Part shown: in pieces, positions 37,001 to 46,651 of the stretch | How the letters are laid out: each line of letters starts with the position of its first letter | Numbering within the stretch: position 1 is the stretch's first letter | Virus record (IMG/VR): IMGVR_UViG_3300032303_001222 | Coordinates: 1,309 to 65,308 of that record | Length of the DNA stretch: 64,000 bases | DNA from: a virus | Lineage: Duplodnaviria; Caudoviricetes | Direction: 5' to 3' (one strand) | Made by a program: the position numbers and the translations under genes | The notes under the pieces: generated by a model | What the model saw: only the letters and a program-made list of their open reading frames with translations | Databases searched by the model: none | What the model was told of the DNA's origin: nothing

Positions 37001-40000
37001 GCAATCTTCTTATTATTGGACTTGGAAAGACTTGTAGCTTTGGCAAGCACCTGTTCCAGATCTTTTAAGACTTTCTCTAAAGCATCCTGGGCAAGCGGAT
37101 TAAGTTTATCCTGTGCCTTCTTAATAAATTCCTTAAAGCTTTCCTTCATTACCGCGTCGCGCTTGCGAGCTTTCTTGTAATAAAGAGCCTCCATACCTTC
37201 GGGTCCAAGAAGTGAGATGAACTGGTACGCCCGCAAGGCACGAGCTGTCTTTGTGCTTTTCTCTAGAAATTGATCAAGGAAAGCTGCCATCTCTGTTGCG
37301 GCCTCTGGCCGGGTCTTGGCTTCTTCTCGGTAGCCCTTAATCACCAGCATTCCCAAAGCTTCCTGAGCACCCGCTTGGATTGGGTCGTCTTCGTCATCCA
37401 TCAAGCAAGCCAAAGCACTCTTCTCTAGTCCGTGCTTTGCGAAGTAGGCTTGTGCTTCCTCAATAGTAACCGAATCAGGAATTGCCTCGTAGTTCCTCTT
37501 CTTTAGAAGCCCCATCACATCTTTCGAAACATACTTTTCTAGCTTCACCCCAAATCTTCTTGGACGAACTTCAGCCGCACCGAGGATGTCGTTTACGGGG
37601 TAGGCTCTGTCAGACGTAGCGGAAGGAGCTGTTCTCCTCTGGAAAATGAAAGTATTCGGCTGACCCTTAAACTTAATCTTTGATATGTTGTGGCGGTTCA
37701 GAGCTGAGTCAGAAGCAACCGCATAGCTGGCCAAGGCCGCGGCTGAGTCGGTCGAATACATTGTCTTCCCCTTGTAGCGGAGAACGTTTCTTCCCGTGGC
37801 TCCATCCTTTGTGACTAACCCTTCCAGCTTTTGAGCAAGCTGGCTCTTCTTCAATTCCCCAGGCTCTTGGATTGAGCTGAACCGACCAGAGTTTACTGCG
37901 TTTTTCACGCCATCCCGGCGGAAGGCCAAGAAGTTCCAAGCCGAGTTCTCGTTGTATTTGGCCAAGGCTTCATCGTAGTTAGCCTTCAGCTTTGCGTCTG
38001 TCTGGTCAGCCATCAACTTACGAGCTGCGTCGATCACTAGGCTGGCCTCGGCATCTCTGCCTTCTTTCAACCAGACCCCGTCAAAACCAAGATCAATAAT
38101 GTTCTTAAGGCTTGGGTATCCATAAGTCTTGCCCCACATCTTCTTGATTGTTTCCTCGCTTACCCCCTGCTTCCTCAACTCATCTACATCGGGCATATTT
38201 CTTGGGCCAGTCAGCGACCCATCTTCTTTACGATAATCCAACTTCCCTTCAAAAATTTGCCAATCGTGTAGCCCAGACTTAAAAGCAAATTCAACTTCTG
38301 GATCTGGTGTGTACCCCTGACCTTTGACAACTTCTAGGAGTTGATTGATATTCTCCGAGGATCTTGGGTCAAAAGGCTTGGTGGATTTGACGTACATAGG
38401 GATGACCACTTGGCCTTCGAAGTGACCCTCTGGATTATTCTTAGTTGCCCATCGTTCTGCCCACTCCCTCATCGTGGATGTCCAAACACCCTTGAACCGA
38501 TTCATTGCCAACCTACGGAGGTAAGACGGAGTCTTTATGGCGTTGGTGAGTTCGTCTTTGTAGAGGTCACTATACCTTTGGAGATACGAGCCAGTGCCGT
38601 GGTACATCAAGGCTGGCTCACCAGACTCATCCAAGATCTTGCTGGTGGCTCGGCTTTGCGGGGCATTCTCCCAATCGCCAAACCAAGCCTTAAACAGCGG
38701 GGTTCTTTCGAGGCGATATCTAAACTCAGACTTCGGAACCATCTTCGACCCCATACCCGAAACCATACTTTCCTTACCCGTAGCCTTATTGATTAGGTTG
38801 CCTTTGTTATTTCTAGTTACTTCGACTGCAGCCATTTGGCCACGTAGTCTCTCGAAGAACTCTTCGGTTTGTTGCTCTGTAACCCCAGTAACTGGGGTGA
38901 TGATATCAACAGCCGAAAGCTGATCAGCCATATATTGGAGACGATTCCCCATGTACTGCTGGAGACGCTGGGGTACTGCGTTTATGATAGCGTCTGCGTT
39001 GAGTACAAGATCGGAAAGCTGGGCGATCAAGTCGTCGGTAGTGAGGTTAAGGTAGGGGTAGTTCTGCTTAAACACCTTGATTGAATCGTAATAGAAAGGC
39101 TCGTTCCTAGGTTCTTCTTCGAACGCCTTGGTGTCGAACGTGCCGCCGCTGTCTACACGATACGTTGTGTAAATTGTTTCCGTGTCGTCTCCATCTTCGT
39201 TCGGAGTTTCCGTCATCTGGATGAGCACGTTGTCCTGTTTGGTCACACCGACTGAATCGTAGTTAAACAAGAAAGCATCGATCAGAAGACCATCCGCAAT
39301 CTGGTCATAGATCTTTTTGATAAGCTCGGGTTTGTTCTGATGAGTCTGGCGAAACTCCCTCAAGCTCTGGCCATCGGCAAGGTAGGCAGCAATTTTGGCT
39401 GGCTTGCCATCTACCTCAATAAGTTTGGAGTCGGCAACCGGGTAGTTGAGAACGCGATATACATTCTCAGCTGCGACCTCGTTCTCAAACTGCTCCCGGC
39501 TTTGGTCGGTCTTGACGATAAACCGATTGCCGTCGACATCTTGGTAAATCGCAACTGGGTGGGATCCGCCAGAAACTTCTCGCTCAAAGGCCAGCTCCTC
39601 AATGCTGTCTGGAAGCCTGCTTTTCTTCTGGCTTCCGTTGCGCTGGTTCGAAAGGAATCCCCGTCTCGGCATAGCGGGAGCTCCGATAACGTCTGACTGC
39701 GGTGGCTCGTATACAACCTTGCTCCGAGGTCTACCGCTGATCGAAGTAAGATCCTGAATAAGCTTAACTTCGTCTTCAATCGCGGCTTCAAGAAGTTTGT
39801 CTAGTTGAGTTTTGCTTGGGCTACCCTCGAAATACAGATTGAACCCGTCACCCACAACCCGTAACCAACCACGCTTCAACATCTCCTCGACTGGCTTCTC
39901 TTGCTGTTCTTTCTTGCTGTAGGTATCGACAAGCCTCCACTCCAATAAGAAAGGATCTTCTGGTTGGTTTTCGTTGAGCCATTCGATGGCTGTCTCGGCG

Positions 40001-43000
40001 TGTGTGCCGATAGCGTTTAAATCAATCAAAGCCTCTTCTGGAACTTCAAGAACTTCTCCATCGTTCTTCATCCAATAAGGGCGATCTGTTGGGATTGCCG
40101 CGCCGATAACCTCACTTCGAGCTGCTTTAGCTTTCTGTCCAAGTTCTTTGAGCTTTGCTTGGATGGCTTCGACGTACTGAGCCTTGTTCCAAGTGGGTAC
40201 GTATGTCTTAAACTCTTCGCTCTTTCTTGTTTTCGGGTTGAACCTTACGCCAGTAATCTTTGCCGTCGGTACCTTGATCCCAAGTTCTTTGGCGTACTCC
40301 TGGAGAAATTCTTTCCTAGCCGTAAATAACCCGCTGTTCTCAACCTCGGGAGTCACGGGAGGCTTCTCAAACTTTGACTCCGTTTTCTTAGGCTCGACGT
40401 AGGCGTTACCTGCCTTCTCTTGCATCGGCGGGCGTAAAATATTTAAGGACTTCTGCCTAAGAAGGCGGGTCGTGTTAATGAGGTACCGGGCATCGTTGTC
40501 TCTTACACCTACTAGGCGAGCCGCGATGTTGGTGATCGCCTGAATGATTGAATCAATAAAGTCGCTTAGAGATTTCCTCTCAATGTCGTCCATAAAGGCC
40601 GCAAGCTCTTCGGTCGTTATTGTGTTGTCCTCGGTGACGCTCCCAACAGTTTCGTTCTCGACCATCATCCGAATGAATTCGAAGTATTGCTGTTCGTCGT
40701 TTGCGAACTTCCCTTCGTCGTTGTTGTAAAGCCGAGCCACTAGCTTCTTGAGCCTGCGATTCTTGTTGAGAAGACGAGCTACTCGCTTGGCCTCGTTCTT
40801 AAGGTGCTGGTCGAAGGTAAGGCCAAGCTGACCCGCCTCTTTCTCAAGCTGTTTAAGATGGACGTTGTGAACTGTCTCGTGCGTCGCAACAGCCATCAGT
40901 TGCCAGTTCACCCATCTCTTAGCTCCCTCCTCCTTGCCGAATTTGCGGATGAGCTGACGTTTCTGGGCAAGCAAAGCCTCTGGGCTTACGTATATGGAAA
41001 GCCCCTGCCTATCACTCTTAAGAACGTAGACTGGGTTATCTGTTTGCCCGACCTTTAGTTCCCCAGGAAATCGGATTGCCCTAAGGGTGTTAAACAAATC
41101 GTTTAACGCTGCCCGCGCGGCTTTCGATATGTCTAAGTTTTCGAAGCCTGCGTCGACTTTGAGGCTGGGAACATTTCCCGAAGTTGCTGGCTGTTCTTTG
41201 CCCACTCCGGGTTGTCTTCGGCTAGGTCGTGTACGGCTTCCAGAATTCTGGTTGGTTTCGCTTTCGCTCGCAGTAGATCCGACAGATGCGGGTGTCCCCC
41301 GTGATTGTGTATCGCCTGATCCAGATGGTTGCTGAACGCTAGGTTGTTCACGAACTCCTGTGCGTTTGCGTCGTCTGGAAACAGGTTTGCTAGGCTCGGG
41401 CTGTTTAACGATTGGTTCATTTGGTTGTCCTTTCTTAATGTTCTCAAGTCTTTGTTCTACCGAAGCCTCCTCCAAGTTACCCTCTTCAAGAGGGGTAAGA
41501 ACCTCGGAAGCAAGTCTGCTCCTTTGCTCTGGTGTAGAGTTGTAGGCGGATTCGATAAGTTTTTCGGCTAGGTATTGATTCTGTGTTGAGTTCCTCCCTC
41601 GATCGGCCAACTCTTGAGCCTCGGCCTTGTCTTTCTTAACTTTTTCTTTGGCTTCAGCTTTTTCCTTGGCTCTCGTCCTAGCCTTCTCCCCCTCTGGGGT
41701 TAGAGCTGTCGAGATTTGGTCGGTCGAGACCCCTATTCCAGAGTTATTTAGCTCCGCGGCAAGCGCCGTTTGCGCCTCTTTAGCCATCTTGGATACGGCT
41801 TTTGCAGAAACCTTTTTCTTGTTCAGCTCGCTTAGGAACTTCGCCAAATCCTCGTACGACTGGAGGTTCTTTGTCTCAATACCTGAAGGCGTTGGCCCAC
41901 CGCTTAGTTTGTGAACCAGCCAATCCAAAATGAGTTTCTGGTCTGGGCCAAGCTTCTCACGGGCTGGGTTATATCCGTTCTCACGGAGGATTCTAGACGC
42001 CCTAGGTTCATTAGCCCCGCTCTCTACTCTGGCTTGCTTTGTTTCGCCAGCCGCCTGCTCCTCTTCATCCAATTCCATCTGAGTCCTAGCTGGTCTGTCA
42101 GAGGTCTCCGTTTGATCAAGGATCGGGGAGTTACGCATAAGTGCCTGGATGTCGGCACTTCCCCTTGCGTCCTTAGCGGAGTCCTCCGCCCAACTCGCTA
42201 GGATTGGGCTAATTGCTTCTGATGTCAGCTCTTCTTCGGTAAAGGTATTCTTCTTTTGAAGGTAGTTGGCCACCTTGCGAAGAAGGTCATCGAAAATGTA
42301 GTCATCAACGTTTGGTATATTTGTGTATCTCTCAGATACCTCTTTCGCAATCCGACGGATGTTTGAGAAAGCCATCTCCTTCCACGACTGCTGCCCTTCG
42401 TTTAGTTTGCTGTCTCGGACGGAGTAAAGTTTTTGCCGAAGGTTTGCTTTCTTCTTCGCTCTCCGCTTCTCGTCGGAGTTCATAGCCTCGAGTGGGTTTA
42501 CCTTCGCGGCAATCCCAGGCACGGCATCAATATTCTTCTCAAGCCCAGCTACCTTTCCATACTGAGTCTCAAGAGCCTTAAGGTAATCGCCACGCTTCCA
42601 CCCAGCCTTTTCCTCAATTTTCTGACCCTCTGGCAAGGCCTTGTTTGCTTTGCTTAAGGTAGATCGCAAGAAACGGATTTGGTTCTTGTTCTTTTGAACT
42701 TCTTCCCACTTGGGCAGTTCAGCTTGTTTTGTTTTTGGTGCCTGAGTACTTAATGCAGGAGCGACAGCTTCTGAACTTTCTTTAGCAGGCTCTGGCTTGG
42801 CTGTCGGCACAGGAGCGACGGCTTGGGCTTGGGGCATTTCTGCTTCTGGAGCTTTTGCTTCGGTGGCTGTTGTTTCTTCGACTGGAATTTCCGCAGGTTT
42901 TTCTGTTTCATTCTTTTCGGCGTTAAATTCATAGTCGCCTGTTTCAGGATTAAGCAACCACTGCTTGGGTAAAACAAAACCAAACCTTTCAATGTCATCT

Positions 43001-44418
43001 CCTTTTACTGGTTGCCTAGATCTGATCCGACCCCAGACCTTGGCGGCCTCGAGACTATTCTGTGCGTCCATCGGTGTCTCTGCCGTTGGTGCTATCGATT
43101 CAACTTCTGGCGACAATGCTGGAGCTTCTGCTTTGGGTGTTGCTGGCTGTTCGCTATCAAAGACCTTTGCAGCTTCCGCTTTATTCATATCCAAGTTGAG
43201 CTGATCGATATCTTGAGCTCCCGCAACAGCCCCAGCTTGGACTACCGCTTGAGCTGTCTGTGGCGCTCCTGATTTCGCTAGGTTCTCTGCTTGGGCAAGC
43301 GTTCCGTTTTGGCTCATCTGCTCAGCAAGGTCGTTTTGACGGATATCAGAGACTTGGTCTTGGTTAAGAGTTTCTTGGACGGCTCCTAGTCCTTCCTTGC
43401 CAACCCCTTTAGCAAATGCATACGCAGACCCTGGTACTTCAAGGAATCCTTCTAGGGCTATGGCATTCGGACTTGTAATCTCGCCTTCAGAAAGAAGTTG
43501 CCCACCAGCCTCACCACCAGCACCCAGACCAGCTTCGATAGCTACTCCAGTAGCCGACTCCAAAGCGGTAAGTTTAACCTTTGGTATAAACCCCTTTGTT
43601 GTCTTAAACTTTGTTGCGAACCTACCTCCCAAGGCTTTCGCCACAACCATTGACGCCGCGTCAAACGCTCCAGGCACAACTCCTTTTTTAAGAGCCTTGC
43701 CCTTTGCCTTATCCATAAATTCTTTATCAAGAAAGGCATCACGAACTTGTATCGGATCGTTTAGATCAATCCCCTCTTCGGACATTTGCTCCAGCAAAGA
43801 GCCAGAATATTCGAGCATAGTAGATGTTGCGCCAGCACCAGCCGCCAACCCTACAGTAGATCCAATTGCGGCTCCGGGTGCCTTGCCGATAACACCGCCA
43901 ATTGCAGATCCAACCTTTTCAGTAACGATACTAGTGGCTAGCTGAGAAGGTATATTCTCAAGGAGAAACTCAAGAACTGCGATTGGCTTTTCTTGGAACC
44001 CTTCAAGCACACCCATCTTGTCTGCCCCAACTTTCTGGACAGTGCTGGAAGATGGGTATTTCTCGAGTTCTTTGTTAATACCAGCCAAGGCGTATGAGGC
44101 CTCTGGGCTTGTTGCGGCTCCCGTTGATATTGCCGTAGTTAATCCAGCTTGCTCAAAGTTTAAAAGGGATCGTGCGGCAGCGTTTTTAAGGAGCTGCATA
44201 GGGCTCTGCGTATCTAGGATATCGTAGTAGGCGGCCTCAAAGTGGTTGTTTAAGTAATCTACATCCTCTTGTGTTTTTAATAGGCCTTCCTTTTGAGCTA
44301 CGCCTACGGAAGCGTCCCGCCACTGCTTAAAGAGATCTGTTTTTTCCGATACCGAAAGGTTCCCGTACTCTGGATCTTCTGTGTAATTTGTCCAAGGGAC
44401 GATTGTCTCATCCGCCAT
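33976..44418 (-). CDS. Giant (3480 aa) internal virion/DNA-ejection polyvalent protein
   Basis: Sits in the ejection-gene position. Contains a sigma-like HTH region, HETVH zincin motif, HipA/PI3K-like kinase motifs and ART-PolyVal motifs (FKAWFGDW, YHGT, GFDGV), plus an LPD38-like C-terminus. Confidence 0.8.
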   Translation of the reverse strand: MADETIVPWTNYTEDPEYGNLSVSEKTDLFKQWRDASVGVAQKEGLLKTQEDVDYLNNHFEAAYYDILDTQSPMQLLKNAAARSLLNFEQAGLTTAISTGAATSPEASYALAGINKELEKYPSSSTVQKVGADKMGVLEGFQEKPIAVLEFLLENIPSQLATSIVTEKVGSAIGGVIGKAPGAAIGSTVGLAAGAGATSTMLEYSGSLLEQMSEEGIDLNDPIQVRDAFLDKEFMDKAKGKALKKGVVPGAFDAASMVVAKALGGRFATKFKTTKGFIPKVKLTALESATGVAIEAGLGAGGEAGGQLLSEGEITSPNAIALEGFLEVPGSAYAFAKGVGKEGLGAVQETLNQDQVSDIRQNDLAEQMSQNGTLAQAENLAKSGAPQTAQAVVQAGAVAGAQDIDQLNLDMNKAEAAKVFDSEQPATPKAEAPALSPEVESIAPTAETPMDAQNSLEAAKVWGRIRSRQPVKGDDIERFGFVLPKQWLLNPETGDYEFNAEKNETEKPAEIPVEETTATEAKAPEAEMPQAQAVAPVPTAKPEPAKESSEAVAPALSTQAPKTKQAELPKWEEVQKNKNQIRFLRSTLSKANKALPEGQKIEEKAGWKRGDYLKALETQYGKVAGLEKNIDAVPGIAAKVNPLEAMNSDEKRRAKKKANLRQKLYSVRDSKLNEGQQSWKEMAFSNIRRIAKEVSERYTNIPNVDDYIFDDLLRKVANYLQKKNTFTEEELTSEAISPILASWAEDSAKDARGSADIQALMRNSPILDQTETSDRPARTQMELDEEEQAAGETKQARVESGANEPRASRILRENGYNPAREKLGPDQKLILDWLVHKLSGGPTPSGIETKNLQSYEDLAKFLSELNKKKVSAKAVSKMAKEAQTALAAELNNSGIGVSTDQISTALTPEGEKARTRAKEKAEAKEKVKKDKAEAQELADRGRNSTQNQYLAEKLIESAYNSTPEQRSRLASEVLTPLEEGNLEEASVEQRLENIKKGQPNEPIVKQPEPSKPVSRRRKRTGVREQPSVQQPSGSGDTQSRGTPASVGSTASESETNQNSGSRTRPSRRQPGVGKEQPATSGNVPSLKVDAGFENLDISKAARAALNDLFNTLRAIRFPGELKVGQTDNPVYVLKSDRQGLSIYVSPEALLAQKRQLIRKFGKEEGAKRWVNWQLMAVATHETVHNVHLKQLEKEAGQLGLTFDQHLKNEAKRVARLLNKNRRLKKLVARLYNNDEGKFANDEQQYFEFIRMMVENETVGSVTEDNTITTEELAAFMDDIERKSLSDFIDSIIQAITNIAARLVGVRDNDARYLINTTRLLRQKSLNILRPPMQEKAGNAYVEPKKTESKFEKPPVTPEVENSGLFTARKEFLQEYAKELGIKVPTAKITGVRFNPKTRKSEEFKTYVPTWNKAQYVEAIQAKLKELGQKAKAARSEVIGAAIPTDRPYWMKNDGEVLEVPEEALIDLNAIGTHAETAIEWLNENQPEDPFLLEWRLVDTYSKKEQQEKPVEEMLKRGWLRVVGDGFNLYFEGSPSKTQLDKLLEAAIEDEVKLIQDLTSISGRPRSKVVYEPPQSDVIGAPAMPRRGFLSNQRNGSQKKSRLPDSIEELAFEREVSGGSHPVAIYQDVDGNRFIVKTDQSREQFENEVAAENVYRVLNYPVADSKLIEVDGKPAKIAAYLADGQSLREFRQTHQNKPELIKKIYDQIADGLLIDAFLFNYDSVGVTKQDNVLIQMTETPNEDGDDTETIYTTYRVDSGGTFDTKAFEEEPRNEPFYYDSIKVFKQNYPYLNLTTDDLIAQLSDLVLNADAIINAVPQRLQQYMGNRLQYMADQLSAVDIITPVTGVTEQQTEEFFERLRGQMAAVEVTRNNKGNLINKATGKESMVSGMGSKMVPKSEFRYRLERTPLFKAWFGDWENAPQSRATSKILDESGEPALMYHGTGSYLQRYSDLYKDELTNAIKTPSYLRRLAMNRFKGVWTSTMREWAERWATKNNPEGHFEGQVVIPMYVKSTKPFDPRSSENINQLLEVVKGQGYTPDPEVEFAFKSGLHDWQIFEGKLDYRKEDGSLTGPRNMPDVDELRKQGVSEETIKKMWGKTYGYPSLKNIIDLGFDGVWLKEGRDAEASLVIDAARKLMADQTDAKLKANYDEALAKYNENSAWNFLAFRRDGVKNAVNSGRFSSIQEPGELKKSQLAQKLEGLVTKDGATGRNVLRYKGKTMYSTDSAAALASYAVASDSALNRHNISKIKFKGQPNTFIFQRRTAPSATSDRAYPVNDILGAAEVRPRRFGVKLEKYVSKDVMGLLKKRNYEAIPDSVTIEEAQAYFAKHGLEKSALACLMDDEDDPIQAGAQEALGMLVIKGYREEAKTRPEAATEMAAFLDQFLEKSTKTARALRAYQFISLLGPEGMEALYYKKARKRDAVMKESFKEFIKKAQDKLNPLAQDALEKVLKDLEQVLAKATSLSKSNNKKIAAKTTMTLWQQFSESVAKRMTDSVNERLAALEPQEGEGVVEGEGDAVTVAGSTNKPKTINQEATAALRRIKGMIDNLSKEQGKAIKDVEVEGNPENENASNEQIEDLIKLKQKAKTISRMSDLLALWPKALQAWSQIKDSVREEVAANPKLAPIFNEYLKTALDQPFTLPQIKTLLKASDIDLKTLIREHFRKNTMQKQASDLAKLFVEQANLGEVFNKTTEADLLQAQGANTESTSEVGVTPTIAEKLETAIAKRIEELVRTEANKALTNLIKSQADKRLEPSLKRFLDRLVKATSLGLMDKDNINLWSQFAEQEGLTDPKLAEEVYNLAEEAETKPEGYQRNVYYQKAMRAIYEKTEMNKWDFTLTWWYSSILSGYDTQLANLYGNASTAFCVLMPELIHSSLTGNAGPEKRSALLRGIQVGWADFLNIMGTGTSWTKQVQLSISSLKATDTGEVLRERAKGLPQKLGTYSTTVSRFMSAVDSVFYNMNKEYYLYKYAYNKALELGLSRKDASAQALASALRDSNSMKSAQSDALMEGLKPGTKEFKLRTFEILDQQLGQNKTESGESRNVDTQELLNESVLSALTNTFQQEPKGFLGNVIHSLNVLAAKQPETRFVIPFTRIVGNVWNMSLDMGVVPGLIRYYGLPTEKLIGRRLGKWDDVKGAEREMIRGRALAGLLFLTLAAGLQAFGYDKDYEKAWWRINGSGPDDPAAKLALSKTGWKPWSIKVGNAYISYLPTPLAIPLAFLGEITDNHHYKKTGAKALFNTTSAVSMRAILVPFDMLFLSGLSDLFKSTDSSQPEQAKARALAFAGRLGSSLLVPNIIRDIDQKIIPKILNVFGVETDMDKRTARNGLMNGIFIANTPVLRELYGKPDVDMLGNKIPITSRIATARKPDPLVDTLASKNAFPNPPRRELLLGVIPMEEDQYYQYKVDRGTMLNQVLNTPEMVQQLKESSSFVAQEIVKKVTSSATEYAKNMAIKRMVDSNDERIQKLQSLGEWLQNQEE

Positions 44419-44421
44419 ATA

Positions 44422-45447
44422 CTATCGTCCTTGGTTATTTGGTTTTCCCGCGGCCTTCTTCTGGCTCGGCAGTAGCGGGAATGCGTCTTTAAGTGATCTC
44501 TTTTCCTCCTGTTTTGGTTTTTGTTGAGTCTTTACGTCGATCTCTTCATCTTCGGTTTCACCGGGTAGCTTGTCTGATATACCAGCAGTTTGCTTCGCAA
44601 TCTGAAGTTTCGTTGCGGCCAAATCTCTTTCCTCTTTGAGTTGTTGCTTAACCGCCGCAGGAATAACTGGATTGGCTGTTGCGTCTCGGTAGCTCTTGCT
44701 GGCTTCATTGAACTCAATCGTAGCTGTCTTGAGACCTTCAATTGTAAGTTCGGTTCCGTATTTGTACCGGGCTTTGATAAGATCTGGGTCACGCTTCTGG
44801 ACTTCTTTTTCGACTTTGCTTGCTAAAGACGCTGCCAACATCTCTTCGTCTTGCGTCAATTGCTCGCGACGAAGAAGTTTTTTGCCTAGCATTTCGGATA
44901 CGCCCCTAGCCTCTTCTGTAAATCCGTTGTCTGGCGTAAGATACTTTGAACCCTTCAGCAGTAGGTTGCCCCGCTCACTACGATCTTTGTACTCGACGCT
45001 TGAAGCTAAGGCTTTATCTCGCAGTTCACGTTCAGCCATCTTAAGTTTGGCTCGCATCCTCGGTCTAATATTCTCGGGAGCTTGTTCAATCACACTCATA
45101 TCTGGAGACCATTTTTCAATGGCGTCTGGATCACCGTGCAAATTGTCCAACTCAGTCGCAAATCCAGCAATTATCGGAGCCGTACTAGTATCAGCCTCCC
45201 AATCCACAGCTTGGCGATTCCACATTTGCATTTGTGCATCTTGGTATTTGCCAGTCATATCGAGACGTTTATTTTCCATCTCGTAATTGCGATCAGCTTG
45301 CCGAATTTGTTCGGCATAAGACTTTTCTCGTAGGCTCAAATCTTTTTGAGCCATATCCTGGCGTTGAGCCATCAAGTAGTTCGAGACAATAGCCTGCGAA
45401 CCCGTGACTAGGTTATTGAAAACCTGCTGTCCCTGTTCTGGCGTCAT
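44422..45447 (-). CDS. Internal virion (ejection) protein
   Basis: Helical Gln/Ala/Glu-rich protein upstream of the giant ejection gene. Confidence 0.6.
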   Translation of the reverse strand: MTPEQGQQVFNNLVTGSQAIVSNYLMAQRQDMAQKDLSLREKSYAEQIRQADRNYEMENKRLDMTGKYQDAQMQMWNRQAVDWEADTSTAPIIAGFATELDNLHGDPDAIEKWSPDMSVIEQAPENIRPRMRAKLKMAERELRDKALASSVEYKDRSERGNLLLKGSKYLTPDNGFTEEARGVSEMLGKKLLRREQLTQDEEMLAASLASKVEKEVQKRDPDLIKARYKYGTELTIEGLKTATIEFNEASKSYRDATANPVIPAAVKQQLKEERDLAATKLQIAKQTAGISDKLPGETEDEEIDVKTQQKPKQEEKRSLKDAFPLLPSQKKAAGKPNNQGR

Positions 45448-46292
45448 GGCGCGTAGAAGTTAGGGAATTGATACCCTTTTCCGTCTGAACCTCTTGCGAC
45501 GGCCAGCATATTTCCACCAGCAATGCCAGCGCCACCCAAGGCCGAACCCATTCCAAAGCCTTGGCCACCACCAAAAGACCCGCCAATCTGAGAACCAATC
45601 GACAACCCCATTGGGATAGACATCCCACCAGTAAATGGAGCGGCGAGCACTCCGAGGCCAGCACCAAGTACGCTTCCTCCGATTGCACTCCAAGGACTGC
45701 CACCGTACTGCTGGTTATATTGGTAGTTAGACAATTGCTGCTGGTTGTATGTGCTTGTCGTGGCATCGGCCTGCCGATTTTTAATTTGGTTATTATACTG
45801 GGCTAAGTTCACGTCCTCTGCCCGGATCGCCTGCGGAGTAAAGGCAAGGTTCATAGCCTGTAACGGCATCATAGCATTTGCCTCAGCTCTCAAGGCTTGT
45901 TGAGCCGCGAGACCCCTACCCTGTAGCTCCATTGAGCTTAGACCAAAATCTCGTGCTTCGATCCCAGCTCTCTGCCCAGCACCAGAACCCATAGACAAAC
46001 CTTTAAATGCGGCTGTCTGTGAAATCTTTTGAGCTACGTCGGCTGGGATTAACCCGTCAGCGTAAGAGTCAGATACTTGCTGTGCCTTGCTTACTCCAGC
46101 TTTGTATCCTGGTTGCAACTGCTCAAGAGCATCAACCTTTTTGGTGGCCGAGGATGTTAGAACATCCTGAATCGCCCCAAAATCCTTCTCTTCCTCAATG
46201 AATTTCGTTAGAGCTGTTCGAAGTTCTGGTAGTGATAACTCCGTATATTGCGGAGCTTGGAACTCTGGCTTTTTCGGTTTTGATTGGCTCAT
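45444..46292 (-). CDS. DNA pilot/ejection protein
   Basis: Gln-rich helices and a Gly-rich hydrophobic C-terminus (SAIGGSVLGAGLGVLAAPFTGG). Confidence 0.65.
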   Translation of the reverse strand: MSQSKPKKPEFQAPQYTELSLPELRTALTKFIEEEKDFGAIQDVLTSSATKKVDALEQLQPGYKAGVSKAQQVSDSYADGLIPADVAQKISQTAAFKGLSMGSGAGQRAGIEARDFGLSSMELQGRGLAAQQALRAEANAMMPLQAMNLAFTPQAIRAEDVNLAQYNNQIKNRQADATTSTYNQQQLSNYQYNQQYGGSPWSAIGGSVLGAGLGVLAAPFTGGMSIPMGLSIGSQIGGSFGGGQGFGMGSALGGAGIAGGNMLAVARGSDGKGYQFPNFYAP

Positions 46293-46295
46293 AAC

Positions 46296-46613
46296 TTACG
46301 CCACCATCCGTTCGATAAGCTTTGGACCGTAGGTTCGGACTCTGTTGTTGTGCTTCCACCTTTCAAAGATAATTGAGATTGGGTGGAGCTTATCCGAAGC
46401 TTCTCGAATCAACTTTTTTCTCGTTTCTTTTGATTCGGCTACAAAGAAAAGAACCTCCCAGGTATCGGCCTCATGTGGCTTAAGCCCTAGTGCCCCGTCT
46501 TTGGCAATAAAGAGAGCTCCGTGATTGTTGGCTTCCTTCACCATTTCCGCCACGCACAAACCCTTGTAGGGCTTGATGAAACGTGAAATATACTCGGAAA
46601 TTACGTTTGCCAT
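46296..46613 (-). CDS. Small protein in the T7 gp13-like position (possible GNAT-like fold)
   Basis: Position between the tail and ejection genes; start ATG 46613. Confidence 0.45.
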   Translation of the reverse strand: MANVISEYISRFIKPYKGLCVAEMVKEANNHGALFIAKDGALGLKPHEADTWEVLFFVAESKETRKKLIREASDKLHPISIIFERWKHNNRVRTYGPKLIERMVA

Positions 46614-46624
46614 GTACTCAGACA

Positions 46625-46651
46625 AGTTTAAGCCTGACACAGACTTGTCAA
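46625..46651 (-). promoter_or_regulatory. Promoter TTGACA-N15-TAAACT for the ejection operon
   Basis: Read directly from the sequence; 11 nt before ATG 46613. Confidence 0.55.
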
